64,000 nucleotides of DNA, taken from assembly GCA_050613775.1 (NCBI GenBank), contig JBODTK010000114.1:124001-188000 (forward strand), read 5' to 3'. Within the stretch, counting starts at the first letter, position 1, and each line of letters opens with the position of its first letter. The notes below the pieces were generated by a model. That model ran no database searches, was not told the DNA's origin, and was given only the letters and a program-made list of their open reading frames with translations. This stretch comes from Neocallimastix sp. 'constans'. Its lineage: Eukaryota. Shown here in pieces: positions 40,133 to 54,065 of the stretch. A program made the translations under genes and the position numbers.

Positions 40133-43100
40133 TGTTGAGGTTCGGGACAGAATAATAAATATAGAAATAAACACTAAAATAAAAAAAAATTAAAAATTAA
40201 AATATATTTTTTTTTAAAATATTTTATTTATTTATTTAATAAAAATTATTCAATTAGAAACTAAAAATTAATTAATTTCTTTAATAAGATTATATTTTTT
40301 TCAGATTATTTTTCTCAAATACAATTTTCTCATCTATTTATATTTTTTTTTATCGTTAGAAATGGTCAAGCCATTTCTTTAGAATATTTTAGAGTTACAT
40401 GTTTTAATTGTATTTAAATTATAAATTCATAATCTATTCTATTATGATAAATAATTATTATATATTATTAAATTCTAAACTATTTATTATTAATTGTAGT
40501 GATAATATATTTTAAAAATAATTTTATTACTTTTACAGAACTATTAGTAATAGAGTATTATTTAATTTTATTCTATTTTTAAATAAAAGTATTTTAGATT
40601 ATTATCTATTATTAATCTTATTATAAATAGGGTGTATTTTGGAAGGAAGTATTACTAATTTTAATGACAAGGATCATGGATTTAAGTAAAATATTTTTAA
40701 ATCATTATTAATTATATTAATTTTTATTAATAATAAATAATCTGTCTTAGTAATATTTGTAAAATAAAATTTTCTTTAATAATAAAATATTGATAGAATA
40801 AATCATATTAATAAAACTAGATATTGATAATAATATTGATATTAATAATATGGTATTAATTTTAATAATAAGGTATTGATATTGATAAAGAATTTATATT
40901 AATAATAATAAATTTAATATTAGTAATAATTTGGCAGTAATAGAACATAAGAAAGTTCTCCAAGTAAGGAAATAAATAATTTAATTTTAGTGGTTAAGTT
41001 ATTTTTATGAAAAATAATAAAATTAACATTATTTGTTCATTCCTTAACAAGATGCCCTCGCTAAGACTCAAGCTATACAGAAGCTGAGTTAAACTTGATT
41101 ATGTTCTTTAAGTGAACATTGCGGTTCATTTGTATACCCGACTTAGGATCGGCCAATGTTACTGTGTTGAATTGTTTCTTAATTACTTGGAGTGGTCCAA
41201 CAAAATATGGTTCTAACTTGGTTCGAGTAAAATTCCTTACTAAAACTAAATCACCAGGTTTTATTCTTTTAGCCTGATTCATACTATTCTTTTGTTCTCT
41301 ACGAGTAGCCCAGTATTTATTTGCATTTTTGATATTGGCCGCAGCTTCCATAGTCCATAAATAGTGATTGACAAATTTTTCCAATAGAATTTCATCCGAA
41401 GATTTGTTTACACTTTTAGTTGGTCTAACAGCTATGTCAAAGGGTTGTTGGTCTTCTCGTCCATAAACAAGTTCAAAGCTAGAGTGATTAGTAACCGAAT
41501 TTTTGGTTGTACGAAGAGCCCATAAAGCGGAAGGTAAGACTTCGTCCCATTCTTTTTGTTTATTTCCTAAAAGTCTAAGTAGTTTTCCAATTTCTTTATT
41601 TCGGTTTTCTGTAAGACCGTTCGTTTCTGGATGATAAGTTGTACTGAACCTCACATACACATCATAAAGATCTAGGAACATTTTTGTCATATCCGAATTG
41701 AATTGAACACCATTATCAGTTGTAATTGTTTGAGGCACACCATGACGAGAGAATACATTAATTAAAAATTTTATTACATCTTTTGAAGTTACATTTTCAG
41801 TTGGCTCGGCCTCTACCCATTTAGTAAAATAGTCCACGATTACCAAAATATATTTATTATTGTTTGATGTTTTCTCTAGAGGTCCAATTATATCTAAACC
41901 TAAATGTGTGAAAGGTCCTTCAACTTCTGTAGGAATATCTTCTGTGGGTTCTGGGTATGCTTTGGGTCTATTTAATTGACATTGTTCGCATTTTGAAATA
42001 ATTCTTTTAATATCATTTACCATGTTGCTCCAATAGTAACTTTTTCGTAATCGCTGGTAAGTTTTATTATATCCTTCATGTCGTATGCCATGAGCTTCAA
42101 GAATGAGTTTGACCTTTTCATTAGTATCAGTGATTAATTTCCTATAAGTATTTCCATCTATAAAGTATTCAATTCCATCAATTGTTGTAAATTTTTCTTC
42201 CATAAATTCTTTTACAACTTTAGATAATAAAGATTCATCAACTTTTGAAGAGAGTTTTGTTGCCAATATTTTCTTATCATTTATACTTTTCATTCGAGAA
42301 AGAGCATCAGCTACAACATTCTTTTTGCCAGGTTCATATCGAATTTCTACACCTAAAAGATTTACAGCTAAACACCATCTGGTTTGTCGAGCACTTGTTG
42401 GTTCTTTCTTGTTGAATAATCCTACTAAGGGTTTATGGTCAGTATAGATTATTGTTTTAATGGGATTTCCCATAATATAAGGTTTAAATTTTGTTAAGCA
42501 ATAAAATAGAGCAGTTCCTTCTAGATCTGTAATTCCGTAATTTCTTTCATGTTTAGTTAATGTTCTACTTATATAGTGTACAGGATGCTCTTTTTTCGTT
42601 TCATCATCTTTTTGTAATAGGACACCACCAATGCCATCATACGATGCATCCGTTCGAATAATAAATTCTTTCTCGAAACATGGAAATTTTAAAATTGGTG
42701 CATTCATTAATTTTTCTTTAAGTATATTAAAGCTATCATTTTGCTCTTTATTCCATCGGAATTCAACATCTTTTCTTAACAATTTGCAGAGAGGAGCTGT
42801 TATTCGAGCATATTTATCGATGAAGTCTCGATAATATCCTATCGCCCCTAGGAAAGACCGTAATTCATGGAGGTTTGAAGGAGGTTTCCATTTTTTAATT
42901 GATTCAATCTTGCTATCAAGAGGGCTCAGACCTTGTGCAGATACTTTGTGACCGAGGACTTCAACTTCTGTTTGCATAAACGAATATTTTTCAATATTGG
43001 TTTTAAGTTTGTGTTCTTTGAAAACAGCGAGTACTTTAGCAATATGTTCGAGGTGTTCTTCTAAAGATTTTGAGTATATAAGGATATCGTCAATGAAATT

Positions 43101-43766
43101 GAAAACAAAATCACCAATGAAAGGAAAAAGAATTTTGTTCATCTCACGTTGGAAAGTTGCTGGAGCGTTAGTAAGTCCGAAAGGCATGACTTTGAATTGA
43201 TAATTTCCGAATTTTGTGGTAAAACTGGTAACTTCAACGCTTTCTTCATCCATAAGTATTTGATGATATCCGGAGTAAAGGTCCATTGTAGTAAATATTA
43301 TAGCACCATCTAAACTATCGAATATTTCATCAATATTTGGAAGAGAATATGAATCTTTTATAGTAGCATCATTGACTTTTCTATAGTCAACACACATTCT
43401 CCATTTACCATTTGGTTTAGGAACAAGAACAACAGGCGAAGACCATTCTGAGTATGATGGTTCAATAAGTCTTTTATTTATTAATTTGGTAAGTTCTTCT
43501 TTAAGAATATCTGTTTTAAGTTTTGAGATTCTATAAAATTTTTGTTTAATTGGCCTAACACCAGGTTTAAGGTGAATTTTATGTGGAGATAAGTTCGAAG
43601 GTGTTAATTCTTCAGAAGAGGTCGCAATTATAACTATATTATCTTCTAAAAGTTTAATTATTTGATCTCGATACTTTTTATTAAGAGTATTGATAAATTT
43701 TTCGTTATGAATATATTCTCGAGGAGGAAGACCTTCCATTTTCTTAAGTTCTTTCTTAATAGATTC
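40133..43766 (-). mobile_element. Element F: 5'-truncated relative of C (3' LTR 40133-41049 plus pol)
   Basis: LTR TGTTGAGG...CCTTAACA; PPT region nearly the same as C (AGATGCCC..AAGACTCAAGC); gag and protease missing. Confidence 0.88.
41073..43739 (-). pseudogene. pol: RT-RNase H-integrase part of element F pol
   Basis: [20 protein letters not shown], integrase core; strongly similar to C pol; 5' end lost. Confidence 0.9.
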
Positions 43767-43780
43767 ATTAAGAAAGAACT

Positions 43781-45433
43781 TACCCAGATTTTAAAAAGGA
43801 ATTTATCATTCGTACTGATGCTTCTCTTAAAGGTATTGGTGGTGTTCTTTTACAGAAGGAAGGGGATAGTCTTGAACATCCTATCTGTTGCGTAAGTAGA
43901 ACACTCTCTACATCTGAAAAGAATTACTCTGTAACGGACTTAGAAGGATTAGCTGTCATATTTAGTTTAAAATATTTTAGTCAATATATATTAAGTAATA
44001 AAAATTTAACAAAATTTATTACTGATCATAAACCATTACTTGGGTTTTTCAAAAAAAGCATTCCTACTTCTAATCGTCATGCAAGATGGATAGAAGAATT
44101 TAACAAATATAAGATTGAACTTATTTATGAGAAAGGAAAGAAAAATGTATTCGCTGATGCGTTATCAAGATTACCTTCTAAAAATTCAAAAGGAATTATT
44201 CAATGCGCTAATGCAATATTAGCCGACTTTAATCCAAGGGATTTGGATCTACCAGAAGGTATAATAAAATACTTCACTAAGAATTATCAAGTTGTTGATA
44301 ATACTCTATATTATAAAAAAGATGATCTTTATTTAAAAGTCATTTATAAAGATGAAGACAAAAAGGATATTATTAATCGTGCCCATTTAGTAGGACATGA
44401 AGGAGCAGAGAAAACTACTAATAGAATTATGCAATCTTACTATTGGCCTGGCATTTGGAATGATGTAAGAATGTGGATAAAAAGTTGTCACAAATGTCAA
44501 ACATGCAGGCCTAAACCATTTCCAAAAAGTTCTGGAGATAATGCTACCCCTGTTGAACAACCATTTACCAGAGTAGGACTCGATATAATAGGACCGTTAC
44601 CAACTACTAAAAGTGGTAACAATTATATAATAACTTTAGTTGATTATTTTACCAAGTGGGTTGAAGCTAAAGCAATCCCGAACATGAAATCCGAAGAAGT
44701 AATAAAATTTCTTGTTGAAATATTTACAAGACATGGACCACCTGAAATAATAATTACAGACAATGGTAGTTCCTTTATCTCTGAAGTAACAAAGATGATG
44801 ATTGACCTTTATGATTCATGGGTTCATTACGTTTCCCCGCATCATCCAGAATGGAATGGAATGATTGAGAACCGAAACAGAGAAATAGGGAAGTTATTAA
44901 GATTATTAGTAGAAAATGAGTCTGAATGGGATGAATATCTTCCATCGGCTTTATGGGCCTTAAGAACTACTAAAAATTCAAAAACAAAATTTAGTAGTTT
45001 CGAATTACTTTATGGCAGACACGACACTTGGCCATTAGAAGTCATGTTCCCCGACATTTATAAAGATCCAAATGAATCAGAAGAAGAATATATATTTCGA
45101 CGTTTCTTAAGACATCAAAATTGGGTAAAACAGGCTACTGAATATTCGGAGTATGCAAATAAATATTGGGAACACCGTATTGGATTTCAAAATGCACTAA
45201 AGAAGACATATAAACCAGGAGATTACGTAATGATAAGACTTATAGGAAGAAGTAAATTAAATCCTTACTTTTACGGACCTTTTAAAGTTGTTAATAAACA
45301 AAAATTCAATACCTTAGTATTAGAAGATCCGACTACTGGAAAACTTTTAAATAGAAATGTTCATATTAAAAATGTTTTTCCATATGTACTTCAAGAAAAT
45401 TCTTTGACTTCAAGGGACGAAGTCATCTCTTAA
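43781..45433 (+). pseudogene. pol: Element K pol fragment (RNase H-integrase), 5'-truncated
   Basis: Frame reads YPDFKKEFIIRTDAS from 43781, same frame as the 44243 ORF; HHCC, LDIIGP, TDNG, GPF. Confidence 0.88.
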
Positions 45434-45445
45434 GGGCCGACGAAT

Positions 45446-46167
45446 TGATACAGATTGGAATTCTTACACATAAAATTATTAGAAAGCTTGAATAATATCT
45501 AACCTATTCAACAACAAATTAATAAATTAAAATTTGAAATTAAAATCATAACAAATAAATTTATTTTAATTAAATTCTAAAACTCGAAATTGTACTTTAA
45601 TTCTATTTTAATTTTTAAAATAATAAAATACTAATGTTAATTAATTTCTCTTTTTAATTAAAAGTAAATAGTTTGTAAACAATTTTCTCTTTTTTTATTA
45701 TTTTGAATTCTTTGTTTATAATAATTCTTGTATTAATTGTTTATTTGTTTATTTTATTGTTTATTTTTATAAATATAATTATTCTTAATTGTTTTATTAT
45801 TAAAAATTGTAAATACTTTAAATTTTTGTAAAAATATAAATACTTGTAAATATTTTATAAAATTAATTTCTCGTTGTTATTAGAAATGTAATAAAAAAAT
45901 AATAACCAAATATTATATTAATAAATAATAATAAAAATTAATAAATAATAATAAAAATTAATATATAATAATAAAAATTAATATATAATAATAAAAATTA
46001 ATAAATAATAATAAAAATTAATAAATATAATAATAAAAATTAATTCTAAACACAAAAGAAATGTATAATTTTGAAAAATTAATAACAATTCAGTGTTAAG
46101 CTAGAATAATAATAACTTAATTATTAATAATAATAAAACAAATTCATTTATATTAAATTTTATATCA
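45446..46167 (+). repeat. Probable 3' LTR of element K (right end uncertain)
   Basis: TGATAC directly after hairpin GACTTC-AAGGGAC-GAAGTC and a purine tract; candidate end TATATCA. Confidence 0.5.
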
Positions 46168-46235
46168 AACTTGATACATCTATTATCACTTTTGAAGTAA
46201 TAACTTCAAATTAAGATAATAGAAACGTTTGTCAA

Positions 46236-46876
46236 TGTAAGAATATAGATTTATTTCTTATAAAATAATCTATCTTCTTATTTAATTAATTTATATTTCA
46301 TTTATATTTCATTTATATTTCAATATTTATTAACATGTAAAAAATATATTAATTTATCCAAATTAATATATTGAAAAATAATGTAAACAAATTTGTTATA
46401 ATGTATTAATTACTTAAAAATATTATTTATATTTTATTATTTCAATTAGTTGATAATTTATAAGATTTTAGTAATCGGTTAATTAATTTTTTCCCCAATA
46501 TTATTATGATTGGGTTTTTATTAATTAATACGATGATTAATATATTAGAATATTAATCGAAGTTATTCAGGTTTTTCTACTAATCTTTTCCTGAATATCA
46601 ATTTGTTAAGATTAGATACCTTTATTTGATTTGTTAACTTTATCTTATCTATTTTATTTATTTAATAATTACATCTATTTAATAATTTCATCTATTAAAA
46701 TAATTATAAATAAAAAAGTATAAAAGAACTCAAATTTCTTTGATTAAAGAAATTAGAGTTATTATTATATAATGCTATATAATAAATTAAAAGAAATAAA
46801 GTCTTTTATTTATATCTATATTTAGTGTTTATAATAAACTCTATATAAAGTTAAGTATAAATTTTTATATCTTAAA
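46236..46876 (+). repeat. LTR I, related to the element E LTR (may continue to 54329 beyond H)
   Basis: Starts TGTAAGAA; shares TTCAGGTTTTTCT.CTA.TCTTTTCCTGAA, AAAAAAGTATAAAA and AGAGTTATTATTAT with the E LTR; TSD not cleanly recovered. Confidence 0.65.
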
Positions 46877-48155
46877 TATTATGTTAAGATTTTGATATAA
46901 TTTATAGTTTAAATTTAAATAAAATAATATGGTTTATTAAAAAATATTCACTAAGTCGATATGTCTATATAGTAATATACTATATAGATATATAATAAAA
47001 ATAATAAATATTTAAATGTTTAGTTTAATAAAAATTTATTTATAATAAACTTTGATAATTAGAATTATCAAATTAATTTAATTTTAAATTTGTTTATTTT
47101 ATTTAATAATAAAATATCTATAATATATTACTATTAAGGTAATTTTACAATAACCTTACAAAGAACATAAAAGATAGATTTTTACATCTTTCTTTTATAC
47201 TTTGTAAGTTACATAATAATAATATTTAATTATAAGATAGTAATAATATAGTAATATAAATACTAATAAAATATAAGGATAAATTTAATTATATAATTAA
47301 TTTGAATAATTGAATTTAATATAGATATGTTGTAAACATATATAAAAACATAATATAAATAAAATACACGTGACGTCAAATGTATCATTGAAATTAATTA
47401 TTAATATAAACCTTATTTATTAATATTCTCAGAATTATTAGGCCTAAGATAACCCTTTAAATATTAAACAAGAATTTATATTAATTATTAGTTATTTAAA
47501 TATATATATTATTTATAATTAAATAAATAATATTTTTAATTATTGAAATGTAAATAACTGAAATTGAGATTTCAATTCAGTTATAATTTCAACAACGCCC
47601 TCCCATAAAAATAGGATTCAAGACGATTTTTGTATAACGATATGGAGGTCTAAATTTTTTTTAAAAAAATTTTGAAATTTCATAAATTAAAAAATTTTTT
47701 AATTTCAAAGGAAGAAGGTCACTTGAGTCCTTTTAAATTTTTATAAAAACCCCATTTCAAGTGACCATTTCATTGAAATTTTGAAATTTCTAAAATTTAG
47801 TAAAATTAAAATTTAGTTAATAAAATTGATGGTTGTGAATATAATGGTACCATTTTTGAATGAATTTGATATAGAATTTTTGAAATTGAAATTTTGAAAT
47901 TTAATTTCAATTAACTTCTTAATTTGTTGCATTAAATTTTAAAAAAATGAAAATTATAATAATTTATAAAATTTTGATTATGTTGAATTATAAATTGATT
48001 GTTAAGAGTGTAATATAGCTATATTTTTTGAATTTTTGAATTTTGAAATTTTGAAATTGAAATTTCATTTTAGAAATATTGAAAAATTAAAATTAACTAA
48101 AAAAATAGATAATAATAAAGTAAAAGTTAAAAATTAATAATAAAAATAAAATTTC

Positions 48156-48187
<32 letters not shown>

Positions 48188-48193
<6 letters not shown>

Positions 48194-51100
48194 ATATGCA
48201 ATCGAAGTAAACTTCCTTCCATTCTTTAAATATAATAAATAAATGTCTTGATTTCTTGGGTTATTTTCAACTTCTTCTGAAGGAACCCAATCATAGGAAT
48301 TTTTATATTTATACCTTACACGATATTCATAACATTTTTTCTTATAATTGGTCCTAAATCCTGCGATTTCTATAATATCCTTAATAGATTCATTATGAGA
48401 TCTTCTTTTTCTATATTCTGGAGGAGTAGGAATGAAAGGCTCGAGCTCGGATATATGGAATATTGGATGGTGTTTAGGGAAAGGAGATCTTTTTAAATCT
48501 ATTTTATAATTATTATTATCTAAAGCTTCAAGTACTTTATAAGGTCCGTACTTACAAGGTGATAATTTAGAATAATCTTCGATATTAAGAGAAGGAGGAG
48601 TTTGAACCCATACTAAGTCACCTTCTTTAAAAACAGGAGGTTCTAATCTTTTCTTATCAGCATGCCTTTTATATAATTCTTTGGAACGTAGTAAGACGTC
48701 TTTAATGTGATTAAAACTAGTATTTACATTTTTTATATATTTAAAATTAGTATCCATTTGAGGTAATAAAAAGAATTCGTCCATGGAAGGATGGAACCCA
48801 TAATTTATAAAGAAAGGAGTTTCCTTAGTAGATTCGTTAACCGAATTATTATATGCAAATTCTGCAAGGTAGATCCAATCTATCCAGTCATCATGATAAT
48901 AAGCTCTTGAATAAGCCCTAAGATATTGTTCAATAAAAGAGTTACACCTTTCAACTTGTCCGACGGTTTCATGATGATCTGTGGTAGCTATATTATTTTT
49001 AATTTTTAATAAGTGCATAAATTCATTCCAAAGAGCACTTGTAAATTGTGATCCTCTGTCTGTATAAATATCTTGAGGTAAACCATGTAGTTTAAAGATA
49101 TTATTCATAAAGGCCTTAGCAGTTTGTTTTGCATCAGGTATTTGTTTAAAGGGAATTAAGTGGATCATTTTAGAAAAATGATCGACAACTACCATAATAA
49201 CTGTATATCCTTTAGAATCAGGAAGACCGCATAAAAAGTCTATTTCAATAGATTTCCAAGGTCTTTCGGGAGTATCCAAAGGTTGTAGAAGACCATATTT
49301 TCTGTGCCTATTTATTTTGTTTCTTGCACAGGATTGACAAGAGTTTACATATTTGGTCACATCTTCTTTTATTTTAGGCCACCAAAAGTTTCTTGTTATT
49401 AACTCTAAAGTTCTTCTAATTCCTAAATGACCGGCTGCGGGCTTTTCATGATATTTTGTTAATATTTCTAATCGGAGAACTTCAGGAATATAGACTAGAT
49501 TATTATAAAATATTAAATTGTCCTTTAATTTAAACTTTTCCATTTTTCTAAAGGGCTTATAAGACATATCATTTTTTACATTTTGAGGACTAAAGTAAAG
49601 TCGAATATCCTCAGCTGTAGCGTCAGACTTGGTAGCATCAATAATTCTTTCTAAAAGGTCACTTACAATACTAACAAAACATGGAATTTCTTTAACATTT
49701 TTAATGTCTAAAATATTTTCAGGTTTTTCTTCAGTGTTGTTTTTAATATAGTCAGGTCTTCTAGATAGACTGTCAGGTTTTCCGTTTTTGTTTCCCTGTC
49801 TATACTTTATTATGAAATTATATTCTTGGAAGAAAAGGTACCATCTGTGTTGTCTTTGATTTGCAACCTTTCCTCCTAATGTGTATATTAAGTTCCTATG
49901 ATCCGTATAAACAGTGATTTGGTATTTAGCACCAAGGAGTAGATGTCTCCAAGCAATAAAAGCATCCCTTATAGCGAGTAGTTCTTTGTCAGTAATTGTA
50001 TAATTTATTTCGGCGTTTAGTAAACTTCTAGAATAATATGCTACTGGATGTAAATTATTATCTTTATCCCTTTGAGATAGAACAGCACCAATAGCATAAT
50101 TACTTGCATCACATTCTACTATAAAAGGTTTTGTAATATCAGGATGAAGTAGAATTGGAGAAGTAATTAATCTTTTCTTTAATTCCTTAAAAGCATTTTC
50201 ACATTCATTCGTCCATAAAAATTTAATATTTTTCCTTGTTAAATTATGTAAAGGTTTTGCAATTTTTGCAAAATCTTTAACAAATCTTCTATAGTAATTA
50301 CATAGGCCAATAAATCTTTGAACATCTTTTAAATTTTCTGGTCTTGGCCACTCTTCTATAGATTTAATTTTCTTTGGGTCAGTAGATACACCATCACCAG
50401 ATAAAATGTAACCTAAAAATTCAACTTTATTCTGGTCAAATTCACATTTTTCTAATTTTGCATATAAATTATTATTAATTAAAGTTTGAAGGACGTTTCT
50501 GACTTGATTATGATGCTCCTCCAAATCTTTGGAATAAATTAAAATATCATCTAAATATAAGATCACACACTTTTCTAAGTATGGTCTAAGAATAGAGTTA
50601 ATAAATGATTGAAAAGTGGCAGGCGCATTTTTTAATCCAAACGGCATAACTAAATATTCATAATGGCCATATTTAGTTCTAAACGCAGTTTTATATTCGT
50701 CACCCTCTTTTATTCTTATTAAATTATAAGCAGAACGTAAATCCAATTTCGTAAAATATTTTGCTCCCTTTACTTTTTCTATTATATCTGTTATTAGAGG
50801 GAGAGGATATGAATTTCTTATAGTTACTGCATTTAATTTTTTATAGTCTACACATAACCGAAGGGAACCATCTTTTTTCTTTTGAAAAAGGACAGGATAT
50901 CCAGCAGGAGATTCTGATGGTCTAATAAATCCTTTTTCTAAATTTTCTTTTATATAGTCCTTAAGAACTTGTGATTCTTCTTCAGTTAATGGATAAATTG
51001 GGCCGTAATGGAGTGTAGCGTCTTTTTCTAAAACAATCTTACAGTCGGTTAAACGGTGAGGAGGTAATTTATCTGCCTCTTTTTTGCTAAATACGATTGC

Positions 51101-51889
51101 TAAATCTTGATATTGATGAGGAATTTCTTCTATTTTTGGTTCCTCATTTTCAATTTCAACTTTATCTTTAGTTGAAAGAAAACAATATATTAAAAAATTA
51201 TAACTAAATTCTTTTTTATTATTATATAAATCTCGATGATTTTTGTTAAATTTTTTGGAAGAAAATTTACTTTTAGATTTATTTAAATATTTTACATATA
51301 CATAAATTTTAGAATTTTTATTAATAGAATTTTTATATTTATTAAACTTTGGATTTTTTGAAAAATTTTTTAATTTTTTTAAATTAAATTTTTTGGAGAT
51401 ATTTTTTGAATTATTTTTTGATCGATTTTTTGAAAAATTTTTATAATAAAATTTATTTTTTATTTTTCTTTTAAAAAATTTATCTTTAAAAATTTTTCTT
51501 TTCAACGAGTTTAAATAAAAATTATTTTCCTTATGTTTTATGGATTTATTTTTATGATTATTTAAAGAATTATAATTTAAATAAGAATATAAGGTATTAT
51601 TTTTATAATTGTAATGTATTTTGAATTTCCTAATAAACTGATTTCCAAAAAGTAAATCAGTTGGAATACAATTTGAAATTAAAAATTTTTCTTTAAAATC
51701 TTGAAAATAAAATTTATTATTTTTAAAAAATTTAATTTGAAAATTTAACCAAACAAATTGATCTAATTTGGTAGTTCTGCCTGAAATACCTTTAACTAGG
51801 ATTTTATTTTTTGTTTTTTGAATATTTAGTTTTAATTTATTTGCTAATTTTTCTGTGATAAAATTGCAAAAGGATCCTGAATCTAACAT
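48188..51889 (-). CDS. pol: Pol of element H (protease, RT, RNase H, integrase, divergent chromo-like tail)
   Basis: LDSGS, LRLCVDYKKLN, YLDD, ECDAS, HHCC, IDFL..TDRG..E, GPY, then YEYRVRYK...WVPSEEV; true start is upstream via a frameshift near 52090. Confidence 0.93.
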
Positions 51890-52083
51890 AGATTCAGAAG
51901 TTAATTTTTGAATTTTTTCATTTTTAATTGAAAAATTATTTAAGAATTTAATAGGAATATAAGATTTGAATAAAAGGAATGTAGATGGGAGATTTGATTC
52001 ATTGATTGAATCAAGTGTAGGAAAATTATAATAAATTGTTTTTAAATTTTTTGATGTTCTGGACTCCTTTTGAAGCCCATCAA

Positions 52084-53154
52084 TTAGTTTTTTTGGTTAT
52101 TATGTTGATAATTATTATTGTTATTATTATTAAAATAATTATTGTTAGATTTATTTTTAGTATAATAATAATTATTATTATTTTAATTCTTGCTATTGTT
52201 TACATGTGGTCTTGAATGTTTCTTTCTCAAATTTTTATTATCAATATTATTTCTTAATTGGTCCTTACTTTTAATATTATTTTCAAATAAGATGCACTTA
52301 GTATAAATATCACCAAGCTTTGTAGGGAATTCTTCCATTTTATCTATTTCTTCTTGGAACTTTGGGTGAAGTCCATTATAGAAAAATAAGACTAAAGCTT
52401 CTTCGTCCCAAGACAGACCAGTAGTTAACGTTCTAAACTTTTCTATATAATCATTTATTTTCCCATACGAATGTTTTAATTTTACTAACTGGATTTTAGC
52501 CAATTTTTTACTTGCAACATTCGTAAAAGTTTTCTTTATATCACTTAATAATTTCTTTAGTGTTCCTGGATGATTGTTCTCGTTATAGGTAGCAATAAAC
52601 CAATTTCTTGCACCGTCTCTCAAACGAGATTTGAAAAAGTTTATTTTTACTTCTTCTGGTAATCCTAAGTTAGGATAAGTTGAGAAAGTATCTTCACATA
52701 ATTGACAAAATAAGTCTGTGTCATTAGTGTTTCCTGAGAAGAATCCAGGTTCAGGTACTTGTTGCAAATTATTAGAATAACTATTTTTCATGATGACATC
52801 ATTGTCTGCATCACGTCTGGTAGAAATAGAGGCGTTATTATCTTGATTTTGTGGTACAGATTGGCTAGAAGAGGGATCATCATTGGTACTAATTTTTATA
52901 TCTAATTTTTCATTGAATATTTTAGTTAAATTAGAAAGTTGATTAATAATATTTTTATTATCTCTATTAAGTGTATAGAGTTTTTTCTGTAAGTCTTGAT
53001 TATATTTATTAAAATCTTCTTTTAATAAAAAGCTATCATTAACAGAAGAAGCTAATTCTGATACGGTAACTTGGGCGTCAGACCTTAACTTCTGACATTG
53101 GGGCAATGTCAGGTATTGAACTAGCCCAGACGTTCGTATAGTAAGACATATCAA
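52084..53154 (-). pseudogene. gag: Gag of element H with an in-frame premature TAA at 52185-52183
   Basis: Capsid-like PEPGFFSG..., FYNGLHP; frame continues past the stop to TAA at 52086-52084, next to slippery AAAAAAC and hairpin GGGCTTC-AAAA-GGAGTCC. Confidence 0.8.
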
Positions 53155-53684
53155 GGTAGCAACTAAAACTAGGGTAAGGTTATTGTTAAGATTTTGATAT
53201 AATTTATAGTTTAAATTTAAATAAAATAATATGGTTTATTAAAAAATATTCACTAAGTCGATATGTCTATATAGTAATATACTATATAGATATATAATAA
53301 AAATAATAAATATTTAAATGTTTAGTTTAATAAAAATTTATTTATAATAAACTTTGATAATTAGAATTATCAAATTAATTTAATTTTAAATTTGTTTATT
53401 TTATTTAATAATAAAATATCTATAATATATTACTATTAAGGTAATTTTACAATAACCTTACAAAGAACATAAAAGATAGATTTTTACATCTTTCTTTTAT
53501 ACTTTGTAAGTTACATAATAATAATATTTAATTATAAGATAGTAATAATATAGTAATATAAATACTAATAAAATATAAGGATAAATTTAATTATATAATT
53601 AATTTGAATAATTGAATTTAATATAGATATGTTGTAAACATATATAAAAACATAATATAAATAAAATACACGTGACGTCAAATG

Positions 53685-54065
53685 TGATATACGGGACTTT
53701 TATGTGCAATAAATTATAAGCAGTGGGTTTTAAATAATGGTAGTTTAGTAAATTTTATTAATAAAATTATAATATTCGTACAATTAAATAATAATTCTAA
53801 TTCCTCAAATTTTACAAGAGAGTTCTCTATTTCTAATATAAATAATTTAATTTATAAGAAATAGGTAATATATTAATTACATATTCTAATATATAGAACT
53901 ATATAAATTTTATATGAATTAAAGTATTATAATTATTATAATTATAATAATACATATTGAAATAAAATAAAATAAAATAATTATTATCAAAAAGATATAA
54001 ATTTAATATTTAATAATTATTATTAAATATACAAATATGTTACTACACATATTTGTTTTATATCA
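53685..54065. mobile_element. Solo LTR L (381 bp) inserted in H 5' LTR
   Basis: Absent from the other H LTR; TGATAT...ATATCA ends; 4-bp TSD AATG at 53681-53684 and 54066-54069. Confidence 0.88.

Noticed and set aside
40133..46167. A single element with inverted LTRs or a DIRS-like structure
   Set aside because: The two flanking LTRs are unrelated, both pol pieces carry DDE integrases and no tyrosine recombinase is seen; it is a fusion of two truncated elements
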